From: Macrostomum lignano
Taxonomy: Eukaryota
Assembly (NCBI GenBank): GCA_002269645.1
Contig: NIVC01000714.1
Location: 186,001-250,000, forward strand
Length of the DNA stretch: 64,000 nucleotides
Direction: 5' to 3'
Positions 47,336 through 60,047 of the stretch are shown piece after piece; the stretch's first letter is position 1; every line of letters starts with the position of its first letter. Both the position numbers and the translations under genes were made by a program. The notes under the pieces were generated by a model. The model was not told the DNA's origin and made no database searches. It worked only from the letters and a program-made list of their open reading frames with translations.

Positions 47336-50120
47336 ATGACGCAACCGATTTTCACTGTCTGTCACTCCAAATCTGCAGAAGTTTCATCGAGCCGTTTCGA
47401 CGGGGCCTCTTGCAGCAGCGAAGGCAGAAACGAAACCGCACCAGCGTCATGGAGCCGTTCCGGCAGACCCCGCAACCCCGCCGCCGCCCCCGCCGCCGCC
47501 CCGCCGCCTTCAGTGTCCTACCAGGTGCATCCTCCGCCAAGCGTCTCGGAAATAGCTCGATCATCAGCTTCTGCCAACACCGGGGGACTCTTCGAGGCTG
47601 TGGCCGCCTTTCTTCAGCAGGCTGATGACTTTGACGGCAACGATGAGGTCTCGCCTGGATCGTGGAATCTTCAGGAATCGTCGGAGCAGCAGCAGAAGCA
47701 GAAGAGTACTATGACTCGACAGAAGACCGAGCCCTCCGAGTTCAGCTCAGAGACTCGAAAGTCTTTCGTGTTTTCTTCGCACCGTTTGCGCACCGTCAAG
47801 GCCTTTTTGGACAATTCAACTTTTCACGGCCTTTGGCGAGTGCAGCCGAGCGCAAATAAGCAGAATTTGCTAAGCAGGAAGATGCACCTGCTGTGGACAC
47901 TGATTGTCATTGCCGCAATCAGCTGCCTATGGCTGCACGTCTACAAACAGGTGTCACGCTACTTCAAATACCCGCTGCAATCGTCTACTCGCGAGATTTT
48001 GAACGACTTTCACTTTCCCAGCGTGACAATTTGCGAAGCCTGGCAGATGAAATTCTTCAAGGAAAATTACAAAAGTGTCTCTCTTCGCCTAGCCAACGAG
48101 CCTGAAGACTACCTAAACATGACCTACTGGCTGTTTGATGTGCCGAAATCGGAGAATACTCTGCAGTACCTGAGCAACTCGACCGCCTACGGTCTGTCGG
48201 TACTCGACTTGCTGATCGACTGCAAGCTGAACGGCCTGCCGTGCGACAAGGACTCATTCTCGGCCTTCTACCACAGGCAGTACGGAAATTGTTTCACCTT
48301 TGACGCCGAGGTCCACCACGACGAGAAACTAGGCCACTCCGGTTCCCGCGTGCACGAAGGTCTCAGCCTCATTCTGTACTCGCCATCCTCGGATCCGTAT
48401 TTTAGAAACTTCTCGGACCCAGTACCTCTGGACAGCTCCGGGATCAGCGGCCTCGAGATTGACGGCGTATTGGTGACGGCCCACGAAGCGAACACTGTGC
48501 CCCGGGTGAGCGAGGACTCCATCATTGCCGCGACTAGCCACGAGACCAAGATCGGCCTGAAGGAGGTTCGAACGACTCTGGTCAACACGCCTGCCCGACC
48601 TTGCCACGAGTCGTCGAATTTTCGCGTCCACGATCACCTGGTGCCGATAGAGCGCACCTACAAGACGTCCTTGCCGGACCGGCTGGAATGGGAGGACATT
48701 GTCCAGGTGTTAAAGAGCTGCAACTGCCTCGCCAGCAGTCCAGTTGGAGTTCCAACACATCTGGCCAATTATTCTGGCGTCCGTCAGTGCGCCGACCTGT
48801 TTGACGCGCTGCGCGGCGACTTTCCGAAGTATCGAAATTTCCGTAACCACGAATGCCAGGAAAAATTCAACAGGGACAAGTTTTCCTGTCGCGAGAAGTT
48901 GTTAAAGGAATTTCCAGCTCTGGCAAGAAACTGGGAGGAATTTCAATGCTACCAGAGGCTCACCAACCAGTCATTTCACGAGTCAGATGCCCAAGTGTTG
49001 GAAGCCGACGACCAGTGCTCGTCCATCAGCTATCAGTTTCAGATCTTCACGTCCGAACTGCCGGACAGTCAGTCGGCAAGCTGGCAGTTTGGTCGCTACG
49101 ATGCTAGATTAATTTTTCAGACATTCTCAACCATTCTGGACAGGTGTGAATGAGAGATACAATTCTATTTTGATATTCTAGGCTACTTCGAATGCTTAAG
49201 TAAACACCCCGTTACCCCAAGTCTTACAGTGGGCACCCCGTTACCCCAAGTCTTACAGTGGGCATCCCGTTACCCCAAGTCTTACAGTGGGCACCCCGTT
49301 ACCCCAAGTCTTACAGTGGGCACCCCGTTACCCCAAGTCTTCAAGTGGGCACCCCGTTACCCCAAGTCTTTCAGTGGACACCCCGTTACCCCAAGTCTTC
49401 AAGTGGACATCCCGTTACCCCAAGTCTTACAGTGGACACTCCGTTACTCCAAGTCTTTAATACAGCGAATGCTTTATAGTGCAGCGTTTAGACTAGCTGT
49501 GATATGCCCAAGACTTCAGTAGACACAGCGATACCCCTTTTTAATAGACACACTTCGCTGTGATCTTCACGCACTACAACCCAAGTTTCCTATCCCACAG
49601 GTATCTGAAACGCTTCGAAAACAGTAGAGAAGACGAGCTACCAGCAGTTGTTCGCTCCGTTCGCTCCAAAGGACTCAGGCCTGGCGAATGCACAACCATG
49701 ATCGATCGCAAGTTTAAAGACGAGGAAAACTGTAGCGACGTTCAAGAGTTCATATCGCGTCATTTTCTGCGCGTTCAGGTGTACCCATTTAGCCTTAGCG
49801 TGGTGCACATCGCCGAGGAGAGAAGCTACTCGATTGTGGACCTATTTTCCCATCTGGGCGGCATCCTGGGCCTGTGGGTCGGCTCGTCAATTGTGTCGCT
49901 ATTCGAACTACTTGAGCTGGTCACCTTCCTGTCGGCCAGTTCCCTGTCATTCAGCCTTAATAAGAGACTGCAAAAGTCTAATTCTGGGGCTGCTGTGCTG
50001 AGATACCCGGTTCCCAGCATGAAGCCGCCAGCCGCTGCTGCTGCTGCTGGCTTGTCACCGATGGCACCATCTGTACAGGTGTCGCTAGCTACTGAGTTCG
50101 ATGAGGCTTCCGCAAATTGA
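47336..50120 (+). CDS. DEG/ENaC (amiloride-sensitive sodium channel family) subunit (2 exons, about 775 aa; N-terminus uncertain)
   Basis: Exons 47336-49143 and 49601-50120 join in phase (AG|G). Motifs FLDNSTFHGL, TM1, FPSVTIC, YGNCFTF, GLSLIL, a Cys-rich thumb, and YSIVDLFSHLGGILGLWVGSSIVSLFELLE. Confidence 0.93.
49203..49455. repeat. 29-bp minisatellite (GGGCACCCCGTTACCCCAAGTCTTACAGT)n in the DEG/ENaC intron
   Basis: About 8 copies. Confidence 0.93.
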
Positions 50121-53100
50121 GGCAGGCTTTATAGACGACTAAATGTTTTGTCTCTTTACTGACTCAATAGCAGCTTAAGGCATCGTTTCAATTGTAAAAA
50201 TGTTCATGCTGCATGCGAGCTAATGGTCATCCAAATTATAACCCTATAACAAATTATATTGCATCTGTCATTCTCATTGACCAAAGCTCGATCAAAATTA
50301 ATTGAGTTTAGCGACAACAGAAGGACACTTTAATTTTCGTTCTATGATTCAATCGTGTATAGATAACAGTTTCTATAGATAAAAACGCTCTGATTGTTTT
50401 TATAGATAAAAGTTCAGTTTCTTAATTTCTCGGTTTTCACTTACGAATGCTCATAGCTCGTATCTGCTGCATAAAATAACAAATAACAGTGTCTTTTTAA
50501 ATAAAACGTTCAGTTACATGTAAATGACATAGAATAGATGTTGTTGGTCTTATAATCTGATTAGAAGATATTAAAACACATTTATCCTCGTGCATGTATA
50601 TTTTAACCATACTACTACAGTAAAAGTAGTAGTAAAACTATCAAAAAGCTATAAACGTTTAGCGGTTAGTGATAGTGAAATTCTAACCAAGACGCTATGC
50701 TACATAATGTTGTAACATTGTACAATGTTGTACAGACGGTCTCTGACTGTTTTTACCCTGGCTGCCTCTCTGGTAGCTTGTCTAAGAGTTGTACGCAATC
50801 CGATTGGCCTGGCTTCGGCTAGCCCAATTTTCTAAGGGTCCGCCCCGGTGCCTATTCTAAAAATAACCTTACTTTTCATTCCAATTTTTCGGCCCTCGGC
50901 CTTGGTTTAGGGGGGTGTACCTGGAGTGAGTGCGTACTCTGGACTGCAGTGTGGCTAGAACGGGACTTGAGCCCCCCGGTCGTACTCGCCCTGCAGGAAA
51001 GAATCACCATTCACGAAGGTGTACGGTAGAGCCTAGTTGATGCCAGCCCTGAGGCTGAGCCCCGGGCAGCAGGTTAAGCAACAGGCCTGCTAGGTTAGGT
51101 TTAGGTGCTCCTCCTTTCTGCCATTCTTTTTTTCTGGGCTGGCATCCCAGCGCGGTTTTATCCCCTGTTTTTATCTGGCCATTGGTTGCCTCCAATTCTT
51201 CGGAGTTATGAGCTCTGCCCTCCCTGCCCGGTCCATCCTTCTCTGTCCTTGGTCCATCTACTGGCTCCTCTGGTTGTCTCCCTGCCTAAGTTCTGTCTCC
51301 CTCTCTGTCTCCCTCTCTGTCTCCCTCTGTCTCTGGCTCTCATCCTGACAGTGGATTGGTGTCCTGGGGAGTGAGTTCGCCCGATTCGGGGATACCGGCT
51401 GAGTCCGGGTCCTCTTGCTCCTTGTGCCCCTTCCCAACCCCTTGGCCTGGCCTCCAATATTGAGCTGGATAGGCGATACCCTTTGTAGCCGGTAGACGGT
51501 CTTCCTGCCTGGAGTCTCGCCCTCGGAAACAAGCCTTCCAGACTCGCTCCAATAATTAAGCCATTTCCGCAGACTTCGGGGTTTCCCCGCTCTCGGACCG
51601 CTTTTAGTAGTAAACCAAGCTTTTTTCGCTTTTTTTCCAATTTTTTCTGCGCACTCCGAGGACTTGTCTGCTGGGGGGGGGGGGGGGGGTAGCCTGCGTG
51701 GACTCGGTCCTAGCACCGTCCCTGATTCCACTTTTTGGGTTGGCGTTGTCTTATACCGTAGGTTTGGGCTAGTAGCACCAATACACTAGGTTCTCACCAG
51801 AGTCCTGAGCTCTGGTCCCAATTGTGGCCTCTCGGGCTACATGCCCCTGGCAGTATGGCCCAGTCAGATCCCTGCGGCAGAGCCCCCTTTCGGGCTGATC
51901 CGCGGTAAGCCCCTGGCTTTCCACCCCCGTTTAACAACATTGTATACAAGCATATATGCCTATGCACGAAATGCCCACCTTCAATGCCCACCGCTAGGCT
52001 CTTCTCTTTGTGTTTATGCTACTTTGTTATAATATCTAGGTGTGCTCTTAACTTGCAGGCAACTGAGGTCGTATTGAAGCATTCAGCACCACTGTAGCAG
52101 ATATTTCGTGGTTCAATTATGGCTCGTTGAAATTCAGTTTAAGAGAGAAAAATGCTAGGCATATGAATGTTACTCACACCTGCTTGGGCTTGCTGGGTTT
52201 GGGCCAACTGATGAAATGTCATAAGTCATTGTACAGCGCGTGTTTGTTTTTGTAAGCTAATTAACCCCAAATTCAATTGAATTTTTACCTACAGTATCGC
52301 GTATTCCGATATCGATACATTAAGCAATTTTTGTAGTCAGCTCTTGTAGCACTAGCTCAAAACCAGGAGAGCGCCAGCGCCAAGGGGAATTTCCTATCGA
52401 ACACCATTTTCATTTGATCATTTTATTTTTTTATTTCGGATTTTAAAAATGATACTAAATAACCCCATTCAAAGGCTACTGTTGGATAAAAGTATCCATT
52501 CAGAGTCAAATGAGTGAGCGTTTACTTTGATTTTGCTCTAAACTCCAATAAAAATTACAAAGATAAGGGCCGGCTTGCCCCCTCCCCCCGCCCGGGAAAA
52601 AGTATTGAATCCGCCACTAAGTTGACCCAAAAATAGTCCTGGTCCTGGATGATAAGTCTATTTTAGAAGTCCCCGCCTGGACCTGGACGTCCTCTCCTCT
52701 TCCTCCCTTGACCCGGGTCCCAGACTCCCAGGGGTTGCCTATTGGCTGAGGGGGGTTAAATGACAAAAGAATGGTTGGGAGCTCGCTCCATTTGCGGCAT
52801 GCGTGCAACATCAGTGAGTGAACCCTAGTGGAAATTTTCCAGTTCAAAGTCCTCTCCGTCACGTGTTTTTCACGCCCAACCCCCCATTTTTTAATTCGTG
52901 CTAGGCCAGCCGGGGCCAACCCAGGAAACTTCTTGCCAAACGAATGTACATTGCCTATGTACGTTTGGCCGCTCTTCTCTCCCCCTTGTCTTATTTTACT
53001 TACCACGAAGAGCGCGCAGCGGCCGCGCGGGCCGAACCCCGTACACTTTAGGTCCAGACAGCGTATTCAAGACAAATAGCTGGGCTGGGGTTTCCTAAAA

Positions 53101-53385
53101 AACCTCCGATTCCTTTCCTCCCCCACGCCAAGTCCTCCTCCACTCAGCCAAGGCGTGCCTGGAGTGGCCATCTTATATAGACATAAACAAATTCATTTTT
53201 GCCTACTATATATAGACCAATCTTTAATTTCATTCGATTGACAGCTTTAAAACTGCGACTGCCAAGACTCAGCTTAGAGCCATAGCCAACTTTACAATTT
53301 TTCTTGTCTACGTTGACTCGTTGAGCCAAAGTTTCAAGGTTCAAGGCGAGTAAATAAAAAAGATCGAAGAAGTCTAAGAAGAGCA

Positions 53386-56300
53386 ATGAAAGCTCTGGCA
53401 TCTAGCAATGGCCGACGGAACAGCAGGGAGTCGGCAAAATTTGTGATTAGCAGGCCAATTGGAACTATCCTACGCGACCCTCTGCAGCTCAAGGTGCTAG
53501 TACCCAAATCTGGTCGATCTGTTGAGCACAAACTGTCCGGCGCTTTGCGAACGCATCAGCAACAGCAGCAGCAGCAACAGCTGCAACAGCAACAATTGCA
53601 GCAGCAATGCCAGTGCCATCATGAGCAATGCCAGCAGCCGCCGCCAGTCCCAGCTGCTCCGACGGTCACTTGCACCTTAATCAGCGCACACGACGCCATC
53701 CACGTGTCAATCCAATCAAAGCGGGAGTCGTCAGACTGTAGGACTCATTTCGATCTGGTGATGCGCCTGTTGCAGCCCCGCCTGCGAGCTGCCCACCTGC
53801 TGTGCAAAGTCATGTACAGGAATATTCGCGATGAGGTCAAGGAGATGGGACCCTACCTGCTCGGGGTCACCGAGCCCGTCTGCTGCTACCGGTTGGAGGA
53901 AATGAACTGCCAGGTAAGCTTTATTGATTTTCATATACTGAGAATCAATCAGCCGTACGCAGCCTTTGCGCGGCGCATCTGAAGACTGCGTAACGGCTGT
54001 TCAATCCAAGGACTGGGGGGTCGTCACACACAGCCTCAATGCTGGCACCCATTTTACAGAGCCTGGGTGAACTGAAGCAATGCAGAGTAAAGGACACAAA
54101 TAGTTCCAGTGGGATCGGGAATCGAACCCCCGACCTTCGATCCAGTCGTGAGTCCGACGCTCTAAGCATAAGGCTACACCCCCCGTAAGACGGTCTCTTA
54201 CTGTGAAGACTTGTAGGAACGATGTCACCAGTGTCCACTTGACTTATTTGACTCAGCTTCAGGGGGTTCCGGGCATCCGGATACAGCGGAGGGGCGTCGG
54301 CGCCCATTCCACTAATACCTGGCGACCGCGGGCGGCTGCTGCTGCGGTGTCGTGCAGGGAGATCCGGTGGTGCCGGTGTCCGCAGCGCGGTCCCCCTCCG
54401 GAGAGTCCAGGAGGTGGATTGTCGCGCCGGTAGCCCTTAGGTAGTGGACGAGCTGGCAGAGATTCTCGGGCCTGAAAACGTCGGAGAGGTCCGGGTTTGG
54501 GCCGAGGTAGTTGAGCCTGTCCTGACTAAAGGCGAGACAGTCACAGATGAAGTGCTCCGCATTCTCGACACCGGAGAGGCAGAATGGGAATTCCTCGCTA
54601 CGGATTTTCCCTGGAGGTAGCGATGCCTGGCAAAACAGCCATGACCCGAGAGGGCCATGGTCACCGCCCTGATGTCCCTGCGGTTGAGTCCAAGCAGGAC
54701 CCTTCGCAGGGCGCAGGGCGCATTGTGCCCACAGCCTTCTTGCGAATATTTTTCGACTCCAGCTTCCCAAACCAAAGCTCGAACCTCGGCTTCACCAGTA
54801 GCAGTTCACGTCTTACTTATTTATCATGAAGTGACAAGTATGAAAGCATGCTCAATGAACTCCTGAGATCAGACATTCAATTAACTCAACAGGTGTCACC
54901 CAAGACCAATCATTACCACGTCTACTTGGCCCTTCAACTGGTGTCAGTTGAACCAGTCGTGGGTCAGTGCTGCAACGACAACAACAACAGCAGCAGCTGC
55001 AACAAGAACAACAGCAATAGTCTGACAGCAGATGACAACTCCAGCCGATGCGGCGCTGGCGGCGGCGGTGACGGCGAGCCGTACGACTGCGCCGACGTCG
55101 AGTCGGTGATCGATGATCTTGCCTCGCTGATGTCGGCGGCGGCGACTCCGCCTAGGTCGACTCGATCGCGACATCAGAGCATCAGCAGCAGCGCCTCGGT
55201 GTCGCTGGAGGAGCCTCTGCTAGCGATGTCGCCTGTTGGTACTCAGCTGCCCGATTTCACCGTGAAATGGTCGCCATTGGCAACGCTGAAGATTAGCACG
55301 GATTCTTCAGATAGCGAATCGCCACTTTATTGTGTGCCGCAGCTTCTGTGCCTGTGCTCAGAGATGTTCTCGGAGCTGCTCATGGTGCAGCGGCCGGGAG
55401 GCGCGGCCGGGGAGGCTGGGGAGCTGGTCGTCCCCGGGGTGGCCAAGTCTGACCTGCTGCTGCTGCTGCAGCTCATTCATCCTGGCACACCGTGCACCGT
55501 GAACTTGGCCAATGTGCAGCAGGTGAGCTCGCTCGTTACCAGCTGATCAGACTGTTAAACTACTCTTATGAGAGATTGAGAGTATTAAATGACTTTTGTC
55601 AACTCCTGACTCATCAGAAGCTATCTCCTGACTCTTATCAGCTATGTCCTGACTCTTATCAGCTATGTCCTGACTCTTATCAGCTGTCTCCTGACTCTTA
55701 TCAGCTATCTCCTGACTCTCTATCAGCTATGTCCTGACTCTTATCAGCCATCTCCTGACTCTTATCAGCTATGTCCTGACTCTTATCAGCTATGTCCTGA
55801 CTCTTATCAGCTATGTCCTGACTCTTATCAGCTATGTCCTGACTCTTATCAGCTATCTCCTGACTCTTATCAGCTATGTCCTGACTCTTATCAGCTATGT
55901 CCTGACTCTTATCAGCTATCTCCTGACTCTTATCAGCTGTCTCACTGACTCTTATCAGCTATGTCCTGACTCTTATCAGCTGTCTCACTGACTCTTATCA
56001 GCTATGTCCTGACTCTTATCAGCTGTCTCACTGACTCTTATCAGCTATGTCCTGACTCTTATCAGCTGTCTCACTGACTCTTATCAGCCACGTCCTGACT
56101 CTTATCAGCTGTCTCCTGACTCTCTATCAGCTATCTCCTGACTCTTATCAGCCATCTCCTGACTCTTATCAGCTATGTCCTGACTCTTATCAGCTGTCTC
56201 CTGACTCTCTATCAGCTATCTCCTGACTCTATCAGCTATGTCCTGACTCTTATCAGCCATCTCCTGACTCTTATCAGCTATGTCCTGACTCTTATCAGCT

Positions 56301-56729
56301 ATCTCCTGACTCTTATCAGCTATGTCCTGACTCTTATCAGCTATGTCCTGACTCTTATCAGCTATGTCCTGACTCTTATCAGCTATGTCCTGACTCTTAT
56401 CAGCTATGTCCTGACTCTTATCAGCTATGTCCTGACTCTTATCAGCTATCTCCTGACTCTTATCAGCTATCTCCTGACTCAAATCAGCTAGTTCCTGACC
56501 ATAAATATCTCTGACTACTCTAAACTCCCCTCAGGTGCTCAGCCTGGCGGCAAAATTCCGAGTGCCTCATCTGCGCAGCACTGCCGACCAGCTGCTCTGC
56601 CGCAGTGTACACGCCAGCCCGCCAGTCAGCGCCTCCCGCCGTCAAGAGCTGTGTTCTCTGGCTACTCAGTACTCGTTGCCCTGTCTAGCTGAGCTGCTCC
56701 GCCTGAGACTGTCCGAGTCTGAGAACTGA
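53386..56729 (+). CDS. BTB/POZ-domain protein (3 exons, about 450 aa)
   Basis: Exons 53386-53913, 54893-55522 and 56535-56729, all phase 0. BTB-like [12 protein letters not shown]...[21 protein letters not shown]...VNLANVQQ|[21 protein letters not shown]. Poly-Q in the N-terminal part. Confidence 0.8.
54005..54184 (-). mobile_element. tRNA-derived SINE with a conserved core-like segment
   Basis: Minus strand GGTGTAGCCTTATGCTTAGAGCGTCGGACTC (A box) ... GGTTCGATTCCC (B box, 54117-54128), then TGTGTCCTT...CTCTGCATTGCTTCAGTTCACCCAGG...GTAAAATGGGTGCCAGC. Confidence 0.85.
54183..54211 (+). other. Spliced-leader-like sequence
   Basis: CCGTAAGACGGTCTCTTACTGTGAAGACT. The last 21 nt differ at one position from CGGTCTCTTACTGCGAAGACT, the Macrostomum SL as recalled from the literature. 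CCGT/ACGG form the 5' hairpin. The recalled sequence needs verification. Confidence 0.6.
54240..54790 (-). mobile_element. 5'-truncated LINE 3' end (same family), longest copy
   Basis: [36 protein letters not shown], then (frameshift) [16 protein letters not shown]...[17 protein letters not shown], then the shared 3' tail. Confidence 0.87.
55600..56490. repeat. 21-bp minisatellite (CCTGACTCTTATCAGCTAT[G/C]T)n in BTB intron 2
   Basis: Directly visible. Confidence 0.97.
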
Positions 56730-56899
56730 GGCTGGGACCTGCTGTAAAGCTGAGAGTCACTAATAATTGTAATTTAGTAATTTAGCAGTTTTAATGTGTA
56801 TTTGTAGTTTGAATTCATGCAGCCTGTGATCTCTTAGCTATAAAATTTTAATGAATTTATGGTCGTATCAAACTGCAGCTGCGACCCGCCAGCGACTCA

Positions 56900-57890
56900 C
56901 GTGACCCAGTGACTATTAGTGACTCTAATGACCCATCAGTGACTCTTGTGACCCATCAGTGACTTTAATGACCCATCAGCTATTCCAATGACCCAGTGAC
57001 CCTAATGACCCATCAGTGACTCTATGAACCATCAGTGACTCTATGAACCATCAGTGACTCTATGAACCATCAGTGACTCTATGAACCATCAGTGACTCTA
57101 TGAACCATCAGTGCCTATAATGACCCATAAGTGACTCCATGACCCATCAGTGACTCTATGAACCATCAGTGACTCTTTAAACCATCAGTAACTCTAATGA
57201 CCCATCAGTGCCTATAATGACCCATCAGTGACTCCATGACCCATCAGTGACTCTATGAACCATCAGTGACTCTTTAAACCATCAGTAACTCTAATGACCC
57301 ATCAGTGACTATAATGACCCATCACGGCCATCAGTGACTATAATGACCCATCAGTGACTATAATGACCCATCAGTGACTATAATGACCCATCAGTGACTA
57401 TAATAATCCATCAGTGACCCTAATGACCCATCAGTGACTCTATGAACCATCAGTGACTCTATGAACCATCAGTGACTCTATGAACCATCAGTGACTCTAT
57501 GAACCATCAGTGACTCTATGAACCATCAGTGACTCTATGAACCATCAGTGCCTATAATGACCCATCAGTGACTCTATGAACCATCAGTGACTCTATGAAC
57601 CATCAGTGACTCTATGAACCATCAGTGCCTATAATGACCCATCAGTGCCTATAATGACCCATCAGTGACTCCATGACCCATCAGTGACTCTATGAACCAT
57701 CAGTGACTCTTTAAACCATCAGTAACTCTAATGACCCATCAGTGACTATAATGACCCATCACGGCCATCAGTGACTATAATGACCCATCAGTGACTATAA
57801 TGACCCATCAGTGACTATAATGACCCATCAGTGACTATAATGACCCATCAGTGACTCTATGACCCATCAGTGACTCTAATCATCTGTGAC
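56900..57890. repeat. 19/20-bp minisatellite (CATCAGTGACTCTATGAAC)n
   Basis: Directly visible, with a recurring internal block containing CACGGC. Confidence 0.96.
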
Positions 57891-59936
57891 TCACTTGTTG
57901 ACTTTGTTGACTTTGTAGTAAGTATAGTTGAAAAAGCAATCCGTTAAGCATTATAACTATTAATTTTTTTGTAATGTTTCCAAAGTTTACTGGTAAACTT
58001 GCATCGTACTTGTGTTAGTATATTTTCAGTCATGTCACATTCTTATGACAATACGCTCAATAAATACTACTTCCAACTTATCGTAAGTTAATATTTTTCA
58101 ACAATGCTTCAAATGGCCATTCATCTCAGTCCTGATTTTTTGGGAATAACACAGCTGCAAAAATCTTCCTAAATTTTTAAACAAAATTCCTCAATGTTGC
58201 AAGCAATCACTTTATTTTGAAGCACTTTTTTACTTTTACTTTTATAATTGCGATCACAATTTGTACAGAAGCCCTGCGCGAAATCGTTTACATTTTCTGC
58301 GACGGTTCAATCAGTGTAAAAAAAGTCATTTAAACAATTCGAATCGCATGTTAAGCGTTGTTTTGGACCATATTTTTTGTCCTAATACTCCTATGACTTG
58401 CTTTCTAGCTCTTTTTTCGCTTGTCCTCCTGTTGTGTTGGCTCTGTTCTAAGTAAAGTTTTTTCACTTTATTATTTCTTTGATTTTATTCAATAGTACTT
58501 TTTTTACTGATGCATGGTTGGCTTTACAGTCGCAGAAATTACTTATAAACATGTCTCACTTTTTTGTGTATCGTCTTTTGCTTTTTTCATTTCATTGTTG
58601 CTTTCTTTTTATAATTTAGAAATTTAGCAGCGCTTAAAATTCTCAAACAATTAGCAAATTGCAAAATTTTCCTTTCTACCTTAGCTTTATTCTCAATTCA
58701 TTTTTATGTTTTTGTACTAGCTGGTGGGTTCCTTACACGTTTATTATAAAATTAATCAATAAAATAACTGTCATTTACTTTAAAAAATCAATAATTCACG
58801 GAATTAAAAAGTTCCAAACGACGCCTTCACCTTCGCATTTGCGCTCGTACGAGCTATGTTTAAAATGGCCAACAGCACCAATCGCTATTTTGTATGCAAG
58901 TAGAAATAGTATAAACTGTGCATTATGATCATTTTATAGAAAATTACATCGACAGTCTATAATGTGATAGAGCATAGAATTTACACACCGTGAACGGCCA
59001 ATAAAATCAACTGCAAACTCTATTGACTCCTCACTGAAAAAGCGTGTTTATGCGTGCATATATCCATGGGAATTCAACACAATTGTGTCTGTCATGTACT
59101 TGCATGCAAACTGCCTCTTCGGGGTCGGATATAGCACACGGTTAACATACAATAAACCATTAGTAATAATTTTAGAGCCAAATTTCTCATTTTAGCTGAA
59201 AGCAAGTACGCTTTGTCAAAAAATTGCATAAGACCTACTAGACGTGACATTGTCCTACATCTAATACTAAGCGGAAAGTGAGCCACAAATCCGCCGGCTA
59301 GTGCATTCAGACGACTGTCGATTCATAATCACAGTCGGTTACCAGATACAACGGTTTACCAATATACGAACTTACTTCGTTATAACAAATCTAGTGCATT
59401 TAATAAGTTATAAAAACAAAAACTTGGAAGTGTAAAAAAATTAAAAAAGTTATGAAACAAGTTTTCTTTAATGTTGAAAATTCACGCACAGGTAGTTGTC
59501 ATTTTTTAACTGACATTACTTGGGCAAGTTAAGTCTTGGAAAACCTGCCGACCAGCAGGCAGCAGGCAGGCTTCGAGGCTTGCTGGCTGCTTGCGTCTTG
59601 TTTATGATTTTTTTGGTACAAAAGCTTACGCCTACATCTGGATTAAACCTTAGGCCTAGTGGCTGTAATTAGGAATATAGACCTATACGGATTTAGATGG
59701 CTACCAGCATCAACTGCACTGCTTAGGCCTACTTACTAACCAAAACCAACCAGTCCAACCTTAACCTAACCAGTGGCAGTAACCACAAGCACAAGCAATG
59801 GTTATGGACTAGACCTAGGCAAGCCAAGTATATATATCTGTAGTTGTAGTTGTATCTGTAGCTGCCATAGGCACCTTTTTACCATATTTGCCATAGGATC
59901 CCATACCTGTCTATAGCTACAGCTAGGCCTACAGCT

Positions 59937-60047
59937 GGCTATCCTGAAGATTCCCGCGTTTAATTATAACCCCCACCCCCACCACCCTTGAATAGAGGGC
60001 GAAATAATTCCGTAAAATAATTAAACGCGGGAATCTTCAGGATTGCC
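59937..60047. mobile_element. 111-bp MITE with TIRs of about 30 bp, GG...CC termini and an 8-bp TSD (Merlin/Mutator-like ends)
   Basis: GGCTATCCTGAAGATTCCCGCGTTTAATTAT / ATAATTAAACGCGGGAATCTTCAGGATTGCC. CTACAGCT at 59929-59936 and 60048-60055. Confidence 0.85.

Noticed and set aside
50735-50749. Second SL-like match GACGGTCTCTGACTG
   Set aside because: Only 14 of 15 nt, with no hairpin or flanking similarity; compatible with chance.
50780-53200. GC-rich non-genic blocks with 140-160-aa minus-strand ORFs (possible LINE ORF1 or LTR)
   Set aside because: No zinc knuckle, TIR, LTR pair or TSD could be identified.
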